Shown here: piece after piece, positions 50,757-60,542 of the stretch
Layout of the letters: each line of letters begins with the position of its first letter
How positions within the stretch are numbered: the stretch's first letter is position 1
Source of the DNA: a virus
Virus record (IMG/VR): IMGVR_UViG_3300044701_004608
Coordinates: 32,001 to 96,000 of that record
Strand: one strand, 5' to 3'
DNA length: 64,000 nt
Made by a program: the position numbers and the translations under genes
Notes under the pieces: model-generated
What the model was told of the DNA's origin: nothing
The model's input: only the letters and a program-made list of their open reading frames with translations
Databases searched by the model: none

Positions 50757-52886
50757 TTAATCGTAGTATTCTTCGCCATAGAAGACCTTGGCGGTCCAAT
50801 GGATCTTGAGTGTTTTGGCTTCGCCGTCGATCCTGCGATAACTGATGGTTCCTTCGTTCTGTACCAACCACAGGTCATCGTTTTCGCTGTCGGTGCTGCC
50901 ACTGGAGACTTCGGTGTGTGCGATATTTTCATCGCCGCTGTCGTCGACTATGTGTATGGTACCGATCCAAGTGGCCTCGCCTGTGTAAGCGTGGTAGTCG
51001 ATGACTGCTCCGCGGAAGTTCGCTCCGCCACTGGGAAGATCGTTCCGATCCCACCACACCTGAGGAGTTCCGCCGGTTTCGTACTTGAAGTAGACGGTGT
51101 CACCTTGATTGTAGGCGAAAGGGCCTCCGGTTACACTGATGTTCATCTCAACACCGTTGTTGCCGTAGCCACCGTAGGTGTGCCAGTTCAAGTTGTCTAG
51201 GCTGAATTGTATAGTCGAAGTATCAGTGATGCCAAACGAAGCAGGATCGTTGAGTATCTCATCGATGTTGGTGTCAGCATTGACTATCCAGATGCTATAA
51301 TCGCCTGTGACGGTCCTGCCTGCTGTGGTAGTGAGGTAGTTCGTGATCACTGAAGTCACGCTCACGGTGCTTTCACCTGACACTTCTTCGATCCTGCGGC
51401 CGGCCGACGCTGTGGATTTGACTCGACCAATACCATCGGCTGATGTCAACACCGTGCCGTCAGGAAATGTGATGCCTTGTTGCAGTTGGGTGATATCTAG
51501 TTCGCGGCGTGTGTAACTGAAACCGCCGCCGGCGTTATTTTGTGTCCAACTCAACCATTCTATGGCATAGTATTTGCCCGTATCAGGCACATACATCACT
51601 GCGCGGGATCCTGGAACCACGTTTCCTAGGTTGCCGCCATAGGCCGCATAGAAATTGGTGTAGACTCTAGTTTCAACATCGCTCAGATCATCCCAACCAC
51701 CTGTATTCCACTGAGTACCACCGGGACTGGTAGCACTATTCCACGATCCTTCTCGATATGGGTTGTAGATGCCTTGGTTGTTGCCACGAGTGATGGCAAC
51801 ACCAGAACCCGCACCGTCGTCAGGAACGATGACATCAACTTGACTGCCGTAGTCGGTTTTCACAAAGTAGTTGGGATCTGTGACCTGTGTCCTGGTATAG
51901 GCAAAGCTGCCACCGTTGTTCTGCCCCCAGTCTGAGAATTCAAACTTGTAGTATTTGTCATTGAGGGTGTCGTGCATGATCAACTGGGCACCAATGATGT
52001 TGTTGCCAATCGCACCACCAAGAGCAGATCTCAGAGTGGTGTAACTTCTGGTGCCTAATCCCAATAGATCGCCCCAGCCATCACTGTTCCACTCGGTGCC
52101 TGCAGGACTGGTGTGATTAGTATTGTCGTAACCAACCTCAGAGTCCATGTTGTAAAGTGCATATTGACTGCCTCGAGCCAATGTCAAACCTTCGTCGATG
52201 GCGTCGGTTTCTGTGCCGCTTGCTGTGCGGACAAACTCGACTGGTGTGCCTAGCACCGCCGGGGCAGTAATGAATGGATAATTGGTCAGTTCTAGATAAC
52301 CGACTTCGTTGCTACTAGCAACAGCCTCGTCCACGTAAGCCTCGGTAGCTAGACCAGTTAAGTCTGGGGAAGGGATAGCAGCGATGGCCGAATCAACATA
52401 ACTAATATCTGCTTTGAGTGCCAGCAACGATGCCGTGGCACTGTCTAAGTCTCCGATTGATGTGTCAACATAGGCTTCGGTGGCCAGCCCAGTGGGATCA
52501 AATGCCGCGGGCTTATCTGTCAAGTCATCGTAACTGCCCGATGTGGCTACAGTAGCAAGGTCTGCGGAGTTGGCTTTGTTGGCCAGCGTGGTCAGGATAT
52601 CTGTGATGGAATCGGAGTTTTCTCCGAAAGCATCTGCTAGTTCTTTGAGTGTGTCTAGGGCTTCGGGAGCACCATTGAGCAGATCAGCTATGGCCTGTTC
52701 GATCAGTACTTGTGTAGTTGTAGCAGTGACCGCAACGATCTCGCCGCCGGGTGTTTCTCCGTCGTGTATGCGCAGGCAGTTTAAATCCGTATCAATGGTG
52801 ACTTCGCCCAGGAGTCCAGTGTAGGCTTCGCTCTGGGCCGTGTTGCCGCGCTTCAGTAATACTTTCTTAATCTCAATGGTATTCAT
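50757..52886 (-). CDS. Tail fibre protein with Mtd-N-like N-terminus and a duplicated internal domain
   Basis: KRGNTAQ..YTG..GEVTIDTD..RIHDG.TPGG; APEALDTLKELA; LATEAYVD repeats. Confidence 0.8.
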   Translation of the reverse strand: MNTIEIKKVLLKRGNTAQSEAYTGLLGEVTIDTDLNCLRIHDGETPGGEIVAVTATTTQVLIEQAIADLLNGAPEALDTLKELADAFGENSDSITDILTTLANKANSADLATVATSGSYDDLTDKPAAFDPTGLATEAYVDTSIGDLDSATASLLALKADISYVDSAIAAIPSPDLTGLATEAYVDEAVASSNEVGYLELTNYPFITAPAVLGTPVEFVRTASGTETDAIDEGLTLARGSQYALYNMDSEVGYDNTNHTSPAGTEWNSDGWGDLLGLGTRSYTTLRSALGGAIGNNIIGAQLIMHDTLNDKYYKFEFSDWGQNNGGSFAYTRTQVTDPNYFVKTDYGSQVDVIVPDDGAGSGVAITRGNNQGIYNPYREGSWNSATSPGGTQWNTGGWDDLSDVETRVYTNFYAAYGGNLGNVVPGSRAVMYVPDTGKYYAIEWLSWTQNNAGGGFSYTRRELDITQLQQGITFPDGTVLTSADGIGRVKSTASAGRRIEEVSGESTVSVTSVITNYLTTTAGRTVTGDYSIWIVNADTNIDEILNDPASFGITDTSTIQFSLDNLNWHTYGGYGNNGVEMNISVTGGPFAYNQGDTVYFKYETGGTPQVWWDRNDLPSGGANFRGAVIDYHAYTGEATWIGTIHIVDDSGDENIAHTEVSSGSTDSENDDLWLVQNEGTISYRRIDGEAKTLKIHWTAKVFYGEEYYD

Positions 52887-53380
52887 TCTAGTGTCCCTGC
52901 GTCTAGGATAGCGTCGTCCACTGTGGGAGCAGGCTGGCTGGCAGCATAGTAGGCTTCGCGCACTTCCATGGGGATGGGAGCACCAAAGTTGTCGTCCATG
53001 TACATGGGCTGTTCGCTATTATCTGATGTTTTAATGGCCTTGAAAGTGATGTGATAGAAACGCTGGTCCAGGGCTAAAGCAGTGGTCTTGTCGATTACGA
53101 AACTACCCAACCCTTTGGTGGCGTCTGACATTGTCACAGCAAAACTCTCTACAGTGACACGGTTCAAGGGATCTTGTATGTCGGCTTGCACAGCATAACC
53201 TGTGACGTTAAAGGGTCGTTGTTCTTGGTTTTTTATCACCACTTGTATGGGATTATCTATTCCTTGATAGATGGTCACGGGTCTTGAGTACACTCGTCTG
53301 CTCCTTGGGCCATTGGAGGAGTCGTCCAAAAATTGGACCTCCAATCTGTTAGCATATAAATAAGTCTGGATGCGTTGCAT
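52883..53380 (-). CDS. Baseplate-associated Ig-like (BppU-like) protein
   Basis: VY.RP..IYQGIDN.I...IKNQEQRP; late promoter at 53388-53393. Confidence 0.55.
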   Translation of the reverse strand: MQRIQTYLYANRLEVQFLDDSSNGPRSRRVYSRPVTIYQGIDNPIQVVIKNQEQRPFNVTGYAVQADIQDPLNRVTVESFAVTMSDATKGLGSFVIDKTTALALDQRFYHITFKAIKTSDNSEQPMYMDDNFGAPIPMEVREAYYAASQPAPTVDDAILDAGTLE

Positions 53381-53402
53381 TATTTGATATTTATCGGAAA
53401 CC

Positions 53403-53783
53403 GTGGAAGATCAAGATTACCTCAGAAACCTTTTACAACAGTACCCATTCTTGAGTTACCTCGTCTACGGCGGTAACGAATATATCGGTATAATACAGAA
53501 CTGCGACGAGCAGATCACTACACTTTATGATTTTGGTTTGCTTAAAGATGTAGAGCAGAAACGCCGTTACCTAGAGTTAGGCGAAGCATGGTGGTGGGAA
53601 AGTAATAGGATAATCCCCATCAATGTGTTTTTAAAGCAGGATTGGGGAGTGTTTAAATTCTGCATCCGCACCATGAACAGCAAGGATGTGGATGTAAAGA
53701 TGGGCCCTCAGATCAATCTCAAAGACATCGGTGCCAAGCGCAGCAAGCGTCGATCGATCACACTAGTCCGTAGGACTTCTTAA
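53403..53783 (+). CDS. Conserved hypothetical phage protein on the opposite strand
   Basis: YPFLS..EYIGIIQN, WWWESNR.IPIN.FL; TATAAATA at 53355-53362. Confidence 0.75.
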   Translation: MEDQDYLRNLLQQYPFLSYLVYGGNEYIGIIQNCDEQITTLYDFGLLKDVEQKRRYLELGEAWWWESNRIIPINVFLKQDWGVFKFCIRTMNSKDVDVKMGPQINLKDIGAKRSKRRSITLVRRTS

Positions 53784-54373
53784 CTATACCCCTGGCTGAT
53801 CGATTCGCAGATCAGATTCATATGTACTGCTACTAGATGCGCATACGCCACGGCGTGGCTTTTCTTGAAATAATACCCATCATCAGCGGGACGTTCCCAT
53901 ACTGTTTCAGCTACTTCAGCCCATGTCTTTCCTATGAGATGACGTTTAGCTGGTCGTATCACGCTCAGGAACATGGCCATGCGTGGGATACTGTCCACCG
54001 GCTCGGGCATCTTCATCAGCGTTTCGTGATGATCCCCGATGTGTATGACGAGGCTACAAAAACCCGGGTCTCGCAGTAGATCCCATAATGGTTCTGTGGC
54101 CATCAACTCCTGCAAGTGATCACGATTCCTTACTTGCTGATAGACTCCCACATTCAAGAGATCCAGTTTGACATAACCACGGTCTTCGGCTTCGCGGTGA
54201 TCGATAGTTGACAGTCCCGTAAATGGGTCTACGGGGATATCAGTGACATAGACACCAGTGTTATGACGTACTATTTGCCCGTCACGATCGATGCTGGCAG
54301 GATGATGTTTTATCAATTCCAAGGCCCGATTCCGATCACCAAAGTCGATGTCGATGTCTGATTTAAATTTCAT
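53780..54373 (-). CDS. Miniature DNA polymerase III alpha (DnaE)-like subunit
   Basis: SDIDIDF, HNTGVY, KLDLL, IRP, YFKKSHAVAYA in 197 aa. Confidence 0.8.
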   Translation of the reverse strand: MKFKSDIDIDFGDRNRALELIKHHPASIDRDGQIVRHNTGVYVTDIPVDPFTGLSTIDHREAEDRGYVKLDLLNVGVYQQVRNRDHLQELMATEPLWDLLRDPGFCSLVIHIGDHHETLMKMPEPVDSIPRMAMFLSVIRPAKRHLIGKTWAEVAETVWERPADDGYYFKKSHAVAYAHLVAVHMNLICESISQGYS

Positions 54374-54624
54374 CGTATGAAATGTAAGTAATGATTGATG
54401 AATCCGGCAAGCCATGATAATCCCATGATCACGAAAACCGACGCCGCGGCCCATTCTCGCATCTTGATCAGTATCAGCGCCCAGAACGAATTTCCTGCGA
54501 CCAGGAACACGAACCCCGCATAAGGATGTAATTTCAATCCTGTGATCAACGATCCGCATAACATGAATCCTGTACAGATCCATTTGATCGAATCGGCGTT
54601 ATTCTTTAAAAAATTTACTACCAT
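54370..54624 (-). CDS. Small three-TM membrane protein
   Basis: IKWICT..HPY..GN.FW. Confidence 0.7.
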   Translation of the reverse strand: MVVNFLKNNADSIKWICTGFMLCGSLITGLKLHPYAGFVFLVAGNSFWALILIKMREWAAASVFVIMGLSWLAGFINHYLHFIR

Positions 54625-54746
54625 GTTACTCCTTTTGATACTTTGATCGCATCCATGTATGTCTGCGATGGGAAAAGTACCGGCAACGATGCTATCAGTA
54701 TCAATAGTATCGTCACTAATAATAAAATCAAAAAATCTTTTTTCAT
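54618..54746 (-). CDS. 42-aa single-TM peptide (not in ORF track)
   Basis: MKKDFLILLLVTILLILIASLPVLF...; overlaps both neighbours. Confidence 0.5.
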   Translation of the reverse strand: MKKDFLILLLVTILLILIASLPVLFPSQTYMDAIKVSKGVTW

Positions 54747-55435
54747 AGTCCTGCGTCTGCGAGTATCTTTTTTGCCCATTCTGTATCTGCCAGATAGTCC
54801 ACGAATTTCTTAGACCAAAAGTCAGGATCGATCCATGGCATGACTATCTCTAGTTGTTCTTCGTTGAGTGTCTCCAAGAACGCCAAGCCTGTCTCGCAGT
54901 TGAATACCACCCACGGACTAATCCTACCATTGACAATATGGAAGCAAACACTATTAGCAGGGGCAAGCCTAAAGTAATCACGAAAACCATTCCTAAGATC
55001 TGGATGATCTCCGGAATATCGTTCCATTTCTTCCAACGCTCTCGCCAGTGCATCTTGTACGTTCTCCTTGCGTATGTATTGGTGAAGCCATTCTAGATAC
55101 ATAGCCTCATGGTGCCAATGATCTAGTTTCTTGTTGTTCTTCAGCAGCCAATCAGTGAAACTAGCGTAGTTCACGCACCGTATGCTTTGACAATGCCTTC
55201 CAAATTTCACGAACGCATTATAAAAACCGCTGTCGACGAAATCCTCGTAAGTCTTTAATTTAGCCGACCCTTGTGTGATCTCATAGAATCTCAGATAGGC
55301 CCGGAATCCCATCTGGACTCTTGTTTCTTTTTCCTGTTGCCATCGTCGTTTGGGCTCACAGAGATGTGCCAACAAGGTGCTCTCCTTGCGGAACTCTTTT
55401 TTACAATAGCGACAAACAAAAAACTCTGTTTCCAT
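54743..55435 (-). CDS. Zinc-finger-containing replication-region protein
   Basis: CRYC..F..E.TL..H.C; GRISPW. Confidence 0.7.
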   Translation of the reverse strand: METEFFVCRYCKKEFRKESTLLAHLCEPKRRWQQEKETRVQMGFRAYLRFYEITQGSAKLKTYEDFVDSGFYNAFVKFGRHCQSIRCVNYASFTDWLLKNNKKLDHWHHEAMYLEWLHQYIRKENVQDALARALEEMERYSGDHPDLRNGFRDYFRLAPANSVCFHIVNGRISPWVVFNCETGLAFLETLNEEQLEIVMPWIDPDFWSKKFVDYLADTEWAKKILADAGL

Positions 55436-55436
55436 T

Positions 55437-56543
55437 TTATCCCGATATTGAACGACACAGAGCGATCGCGGCTGCGTTGGCTTCTTCCTCTGTGATCCTG
55501 GAATAACTCATTCTAATCGAAAAAAGATCAGGATCCTGCACATAAAATTCTCGTCCAGGTACGATGCTAACTCCTTCGGCTAACGCTCGATCTCTCAATG
55601 ACAAAGAAGATATCGTACTATGAGCCCAAAGAAAAATACCCCCTGTCGGAACGGGAAATTTTAGTTCCGGACAATGCCGAGACAATGCGTCCACTAGGAA
55701 ATCTCTTTTCCTGTGATACGATTTCCTTAGTTTTGATAGATGCACATTGATGTCTATTTTATGCAACATTTCGGCCGTCACTGATTGCAAAAAATACGAA
55801 GAGGCCATGTCAGTGATTTTTTTAGCTTCTACGAGTTTATTAATGATTTTGGGCTCTGCGATCACATAGGATAATCTTATTCCAGGGTTAAGAATTTTGG
55901 AAAAAGATCCCAGATAAATGACTCGTGTGGCATCAATGTCTCTCAATGGAGTACTGGTTTCGTCGAAGAAAATATCAGCATAAGCCGCATCTTCGACTAC
56001 CAAGATGTCACGCTTTTGTGCTTCGCTCATAAAAGATTTTCTTTGGTCTAGAGTCCAACAACGACCAGTGGGATTTTGATAGGATGGCTCGACGTAGGCT
56101 ATTTTAAAAACACCATCGGGTATCTCTGCAACATCTGGCATAGGTGTGATATCGGCTTGCACCCACGAAAATACATCTAGAGCGCCGCTGTAAGCGGGAG
56201 TTTCGACCAGCACTGGATCTCTTTGATCGATGAAAACTTTAGAGATAAGATCGATGCTCTGCTGGCTGCCACTAGTTATCATCACTTGATTGACTTCTAC
56301 TCCATGATACTGAGCGAGCCATTCCAACAATTCAGTACACCCTTGTGCAGGGCCATACTGGAAAGAAAGATATTTTTTATCCTGTAAAACTCTGGTCATG
56401 GCCGTCTGGAAATCATCGATAGGCATCAACCCCAATGCTGGGCTACCGCTGGAAAGATTCATGGTGCCGGGCGGAAGATCACTGGAAAATTCTGAAACCG
56501 GACGACGATTAAAACAACGAGCGCGACTAGAAAACTCTGTCAT
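55437..56543 (-). CDS. PLP-dependent class I/II aminotransferase (LysN/ARO8-like)
   Basis: ITSGSQQ, QNPTG, EDAAY, SFSK...PG.R. Confidence 0.9.
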   Translation of the reverse strand: MTEFSSRARCFNRRPVSEFSSDLPPGTMNLSSGSPALGLMPIDDFQTAMTRVLQDKKYLSFQYGPAQGCTELLEWLAQYHGVEVNQVMITSGSQQSIDLISKVFIDQRDPVLVETPAYSGALDVFSWVQADITPMPDVAEIPDGVFKIAYVEPSYQNPTGRCWTLDQRKSFMSEAQKRDILVVEDAAYADIFFDETSTPLRDIDATRVIYLGSFSKILNPGIRLSYVIAEPKIINKLVEAKKITDMASSYFLQSVTAEMLHKIDINVHLSKLRKSYHRKRDFLVDALSRHCPELKFPVPTGGIFLWAHSTISSLSLRDRALAEGVSIVPGREFYVQDPDLFSIRMSYSRITEEEANAAAIALCRSISG

Positions 56544-57007
56544 TTAAGATATTCCTTGATCTTTTTGTCATCCCAGCCATGTTGCTTTGCGAGATCCTTG
56601 ATCTCATCGTCAGAATTGATTGATGCTAATGTTTCGATTTCCGATTCCCTGAGATCCGGTCTCAGTTCTCTGAGTATCTTGACTATCTTGTTATTCTTTT
56701 CTTTCTTCTTAGGAGAGATCCATTGATGATACTGACTACCCATGCCGGGGCTGACGGTCGTCGCTAACAGCCACAAGAATTTCTTGTGCTGGCTAGCGGA
56801 TATGTCAAAGAAGTTCTTATTTAATCTCTCATTGGCACTCATGAGATAGTAGCTCTGTAACATGGGATCGCCACCAACGCAGGAACTCCAGCGTACCATC
56901 AGATAAGGAGAAAACTTTTTCTTTTCTTCGTCAGTCATGGCATCGTAGTAATCTCGATCCTTGCGATCCACCGCGGCCATTTCATTCTTGATGTTAAGTC
57001 TGTCCAT
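56540..57007 (-). CDS. Clamp loader small subunit (gp62-like)
   Basis: FSPYL..RW.S, N..F, H.WI pattern; replication context. Confidence 0.6.
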   Translation of the reverse strand: MDRLNIKNEMAAVDRKDRDYYDAMTDEEKKKFSPYLMVRWSSCVGGDPMLQSYYLMSANERLNKNFFDISASQHKKFLWLLATTVSPGMGSQYHQWISPKKKEKNNKIVKILRELRPDLRESEIETLASINSDDEIKDLAKQHGWDDKKIKEYLK

Positions 57008-57242
57008 TTTGTTTACTTAATTCGTAGATTATTATAGCACGATCCAAGGCTTCTTGTAAAGCAGGATTGGTTTTGGCTGCTGCCAAAATGTCGTGCCAGA
57101 GTTGTTGTTCTCGCAATCTCGCTCTCGTACCGTGTTGGTCAGTTCCGATCAGTATACGTTCGGATTTACCGATCTCTCGGGCGTAGATATCGCCGTCGGC
57201 GTTTTCATAGATATAAGTCGCGCCCGGAGTCAGTCTACCCAT
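56994..57242 (-). CDS. Hypothetical protein
   Basis: YIYE..G.IYARE.G; NPALQEALDRA. Confidence 0.7.
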   Translation of the reverse strand: MGRLTPGATYIYENADGDIYAREIGKSERILIGTDQHGTRARLREQQLWHDILAAAKTNPALQEALDRAIIIYELSKQNGQT

Positions 57243-57769
57243 CCTAATATCTCCATCGCTTCTTTTTCGACACAGTATCTTCCAATGAACCGATCCACGA
57301 ATCCTTCGATCACTTCTTGATGTAAAGGTAAACACGAAGAGTCGTACTGTTCTTTACACTCTATCTCCAGATTGTTATTGAATGTGCTGGCAAAATATAT
57401 CTTTGGTATAGGACACGGGATCACACACATGTTCACGAACTTATGATGTGGGTGCCCGTAATCGCCATCTTGATTATGAGTCAGTAATAGATCAAAGTCA
57501 CGACAATGATCTTGTATATCCAACCTAGCAGACTCAGCATCGAAACTCAAGTTACCACTTTCAATGTCTCGATAGTCATCCACATATCCCAAGAATATCG
57601 TTTTTACTTCGTGTCGATCCCAGAATCGTTTTATCTCTTGGGCACGAGGTTCAGCTTCAGTGTAGGTAAGATAAATTATCGTCCAGTCTAGTTGTTTTAG
57701 TTTCCGCATCAGCGGCCAAGCGAATATTACGCAATCGTCGGGATGAGCCACGATCACTCCCGCTCGCAT
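57230..57769 (-). CDS. PIG-L/LmbE-like N-deacetylase
   Basis: VAHPDD, R..E, THN..GDYGH.HH. Confidence 0.8.
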   Translation of the reverse strand: MRAGVIVAHPDDCVIFAWPLMRKLKQLDWTIIYLTYTEAEPRAQEIKRFWDRHEVKTIFLGYVDDYRDIESGNLSFDAESARLDIQDHCRDFDLLLTHNQDGDYGHPHHKFVNMCVIPCPIPKIYFASTFNNNLEIECKEQYDSSCLPLHQEVIEGFVDRFIGRYCVEKEAMEILGWVD

Positions 57770-58273
57770 TTACCACACCTTCGAATAATTGATCACTTCG
57801 TTTTGGCGACCGATATCCTTGACAAAAAACACACACATGGGCTTTTCTTTGTTGCTTTCTAATGGCACGGCCAACAGTTGCCCGGACTTGAGTTTAGGAA
57901 AATACCATTTGACATCTTGATAGATGTCCACTATCTCTACGGGATGAAACTCAGGGCGGAAACTACTAATGGGATTAAAGGCAAACACATTGAACCCACG
58001 GTCATTGATCGAGGTGAGTGGTACTACTTCAAGATCGCCGAGATCGGGTTCGCCGATCAATATCTGCCAGTCCACCGGCATCTTAACTGTATGCTCTCCG
58101 ATCTTTAGAACCAAAGCCGGACTATTAAAACTTTCAAGGAAGATCAATGGTATGTAAAAATAATCGGGATTCTTGGGGTCGGAGTTATCGAGGACACAGA
58201 ATCGTAAATCGTCGACTTCCTCGGGTATCTCATTCATTTCGAAACTATGATTATCTAGGGTCAATATCCTCAT
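57770..58273 (-). CDS. Conserved hypothetical phage protein
   Basis: MRILTLDN, PLIFLESF.SPA, KWYFPK. Confidence 0.75.
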   Translation of the reverse strand: MRILTLDNHSFEMNEIPEEVDDLRFCVLDNSDPKNPDYFYIPLIFLESFNSPALVLKIGEHTVKMPVDWQILIGEPDLGDLEVVPLTSINDRGFNVFAFNPISSFRPEFHPVEIVDIYQDVKWYFPKLKSGQLLAVPLESNKEKPMCVFFVKDIGRQNEVINYSKVW

Positions 58274-59088
58274 GGGGTGATTCCAAACCTTTCTGTTATT
58301 ATTTTGTAGTAGACGTCAGCTAGGTATTCTTGGCTCTTGGGGTCGCCATGATACCCAGGGTCTTCGCCTTTGAACGGCCATTCGTTAGTGGCATACGCTG
58401 GTGTTTCTTCGTAGTCTAGAGTCATGTATCGATCCGGAAGAACAGACGGAAACGCTTCTCTCACTGTATTGCTGTTCCATACATTACAAGCGATATGTAG
58501 GAAAGGGATACCGGCATAGAAAAGTTCCATGATACCGTCGCGGATGATCCATTCGTCCTGCTGTCGTTTCCACTCGCTGTCATAGAGATAATTGATCCAA
58601 GACTTGACAGCCTTCTGTGTATCTCGATCTATCTTGCTAGAGCGGTATGGGTGGTCATAGTTTTCTGCGAGGCTGAAGATCGTTTCACAGATCATGCGAT
58701 AAGGATTGTTACCGTAGTTGACGTTGTTGATCCCGGCTTCTCGATCATACCCATTCAGATGGGCCTTCTGTAGATGTTGCTGTAGTTCGCTGTTCCAACC
58801 CTTCCAATCATTGTCGCGGAAGTCATAAGGAGCAGACCTTGCTGGGATTTCTGTGCGGTCGTGGAATGTAGGTGCGATGATCGCGAAGTCGGGTCGCTGT
58901 CGGATCACTTCGTCGATCTGTATGCGTATGCCGCCATTGGAACAGCCCTGGCGTGCTAGTATCTCTACGTCCCATCCTAGTTTCTTGGCCAGCACTTCGC
59001 CATAAGAAGTTCCTGCTAGTTCAGGGAATCTACTACTCGCTGGTGCGCTGAAGCTACATCCGCATACTATGAGTTTTTTCTTTTTCAT
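58270..59088 (-). CDS. SGNH/GDSL-like hydrolase-fold protein
   Basis: GCSFS, ARQGCSN, late D..YH. Confidence 0.65.
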   Translation of the reverse strand: MKKKKLIVCGCSFSAPASSRFPELAGTSYGEVLAKKLGWDVEILARQGCSNGGIRIQIDEVIRQRPDFAIIAPTFHDRTEIPARSAPYDFRDNDWKGWNSELQQHLQKAHLNGYDREAGINNVNYGNNPYRMICETIFSLAENYDHPYRSSKIDRDTQKAVKSWINYLYDSEWKRQQDEWIIRDGIMELFYAGIPFLHIACNVWNSNTVREAFPSVLPDRYMTLDYEETPAYATNEWPFKGEDPGYHGDPKSQEYLADVYYKIITERFGITP

Positions 59089-60542
59089 TTCCAATCTACC
59101 TTCTCCAAAGTGAACGGGTAGTTCGCTTCTCGGTAAAATTGCTTCCGTTTGGTAAGATGTCGTTTTGAAAACTTACATGTCGATGTGATGTCCCAGATCT
59201 GTACAAAGTCTTTGTCCTCTGCCTTCCTAATACCTCGCCCAATAGATTGAATAACGCGGACAAAGCTCTTTCCGGGTTCCATAAGAACCAGATTAAAGAT
59301 CCTAGGAATATTAATGCCCACAGCGGCCACACCATAAGTCGCCACAATAATCTTCCCATCTGATATAGCCACTTCATCGTACTCTTCCTTCCTATCTTTG
59401 GCCTTGGTGGCACCCGACACGAATACCGATCGGTCACCAAGTCTATTAACTAATTCTTTTCCTGTGCTGATACGATCTACCAACACCAAGGTGTTGCCTG
59501 TTTCATTCACAGAGGCGATTAGTTTAGAAATATAATCCAGTCGCTCTCCGGTCTCTACTAGATACTTGAGCTCGCTCTGATAATTCGTATACTCAACGTG
59601 ATCTACTAATTGAACTATATTTACGTGACAATTCGCCAGGTGGCCAGCTTCTTGCAATTCGCTGGCACTGAGTTTTCCTACCACGTTGCCTAGGCTACAG
59701 AAGATGCTGATCTTCTCGAAATCCTCTTTAGGGATAGTGCCAGTAAGTCCCCAGCGGATAGGGATATGACTCATGATTCCTGTGAGTAGAGTCTTGAGTG
59801 CGTCAGCCTTGGCCATGTGTACTTCGTCTACGATGATACACACTACATCCTCGATGAACTCACCGATAGTACAATCCGCTACGCCGTTCTTGGTGTTCTT
59901 GAGCAGTACGTTCAGAGACTGCCAAGTACAGATCGTGTGTTGGCGACCCCACTCTTTCCTGTCACCGAAATACACACCTACATCTAGGCCTAGGTTCTTA
60001 TAATCATCCTCGGTCTGTGTGACCAAGCTCTTGTTAGGAACGATGACTATGCTCCGTCCTAGATGCTCTACGCTCTGGCTCAAGGCCGCTGTCATGATAG
60101 TCTTGCCAGCACCGGTAGCCACTTCTTGTACGCTCTGCGGATTGGCCAAGAAGTTGTTGATGATCTCTACCTGGTAGTCACGCAACAATATCGGTTCACC
60201 GGCTTTAGGATGGCCAGCAGGCCATTTCGTCTCAGCAAACGTGGTCTCGCACACTTGACGGAACTCGAAGTTCGTAGAGTATTCACGCAGATCTTCTACT
60301 TCGAGATCGTACCCAGCACTCTCGAGCATAGGGATGATCTCAGGTAGCAAGTTGATATAAGTGCTACCGCCCAGCTGGAAGAACGCTACACGGCCGTCCC
60401 AACGTCCCAGACGCACCGCAGGCAAGTATCTCGCCCCCGGGATCTCAAACTTAAACTTGTCTACTAGACGTTTCCGTGTGGTGAGATCAAGCCCTTCGAT
60501 CTTCACATTCACTTCATCGCGTATATAGAGTTTGGCTAACAT
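59085..60542 (-). CDS. UvsW-like SF2 DNA helicase
   Basis: LRDYQ, ATGAGKT, DEVH, GLTGT, QSIGRG.R. Confidence 0.92.
   Translation of the reverse strand: MLAKLYIRDEVNVKIEGLDLTTRKRLVDKFKFEIPGARYLPAVRLGRWDGRVAFFQLGGSTYINLLPEIIPMLESAGYDLEVEDLREYSTNFEFRQVCETTFAETKWPAGHPKAGEPILLRDYQVEIINNFLANPQSVQEVATGAGKTIMTAALSQSVEHLGRSIVIVPNKSLVTQTEDDYKNLGLDVGVYFGDRKEWGRQHTICTWQSLNVLLKNTKNGVADCTIGEFIEDVVCIIVDEVHMAKADALKTLLTGIMSHIPIRWGLTGTIPKEDFEKISIFCSLGNVVGKLSASELQEAGHLANCHVNIVQLVDHVEYTNYQSELKYLVETGERLDYISKLIASVNETGNTLVLVDRISTGKELVNRLGDRSVFVSGATKAKDRKEEYDEVAISDGKIIVATYGVAAVGINIPRIFNLVLMEPGKSFVRVIQSIGRGIRKAEDKDFVQIWDITSTCKFSKRHLTKRKQFYREANYPFTLEKVDWK

Noticed and set aside
50757-52886. Diversity-generating retroelement target (Mtd-like)
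   Set aside because: Only the N-terminal Mtd-like motif is present; no reverse transcriptase or template/variable repeat pair was seen in the window
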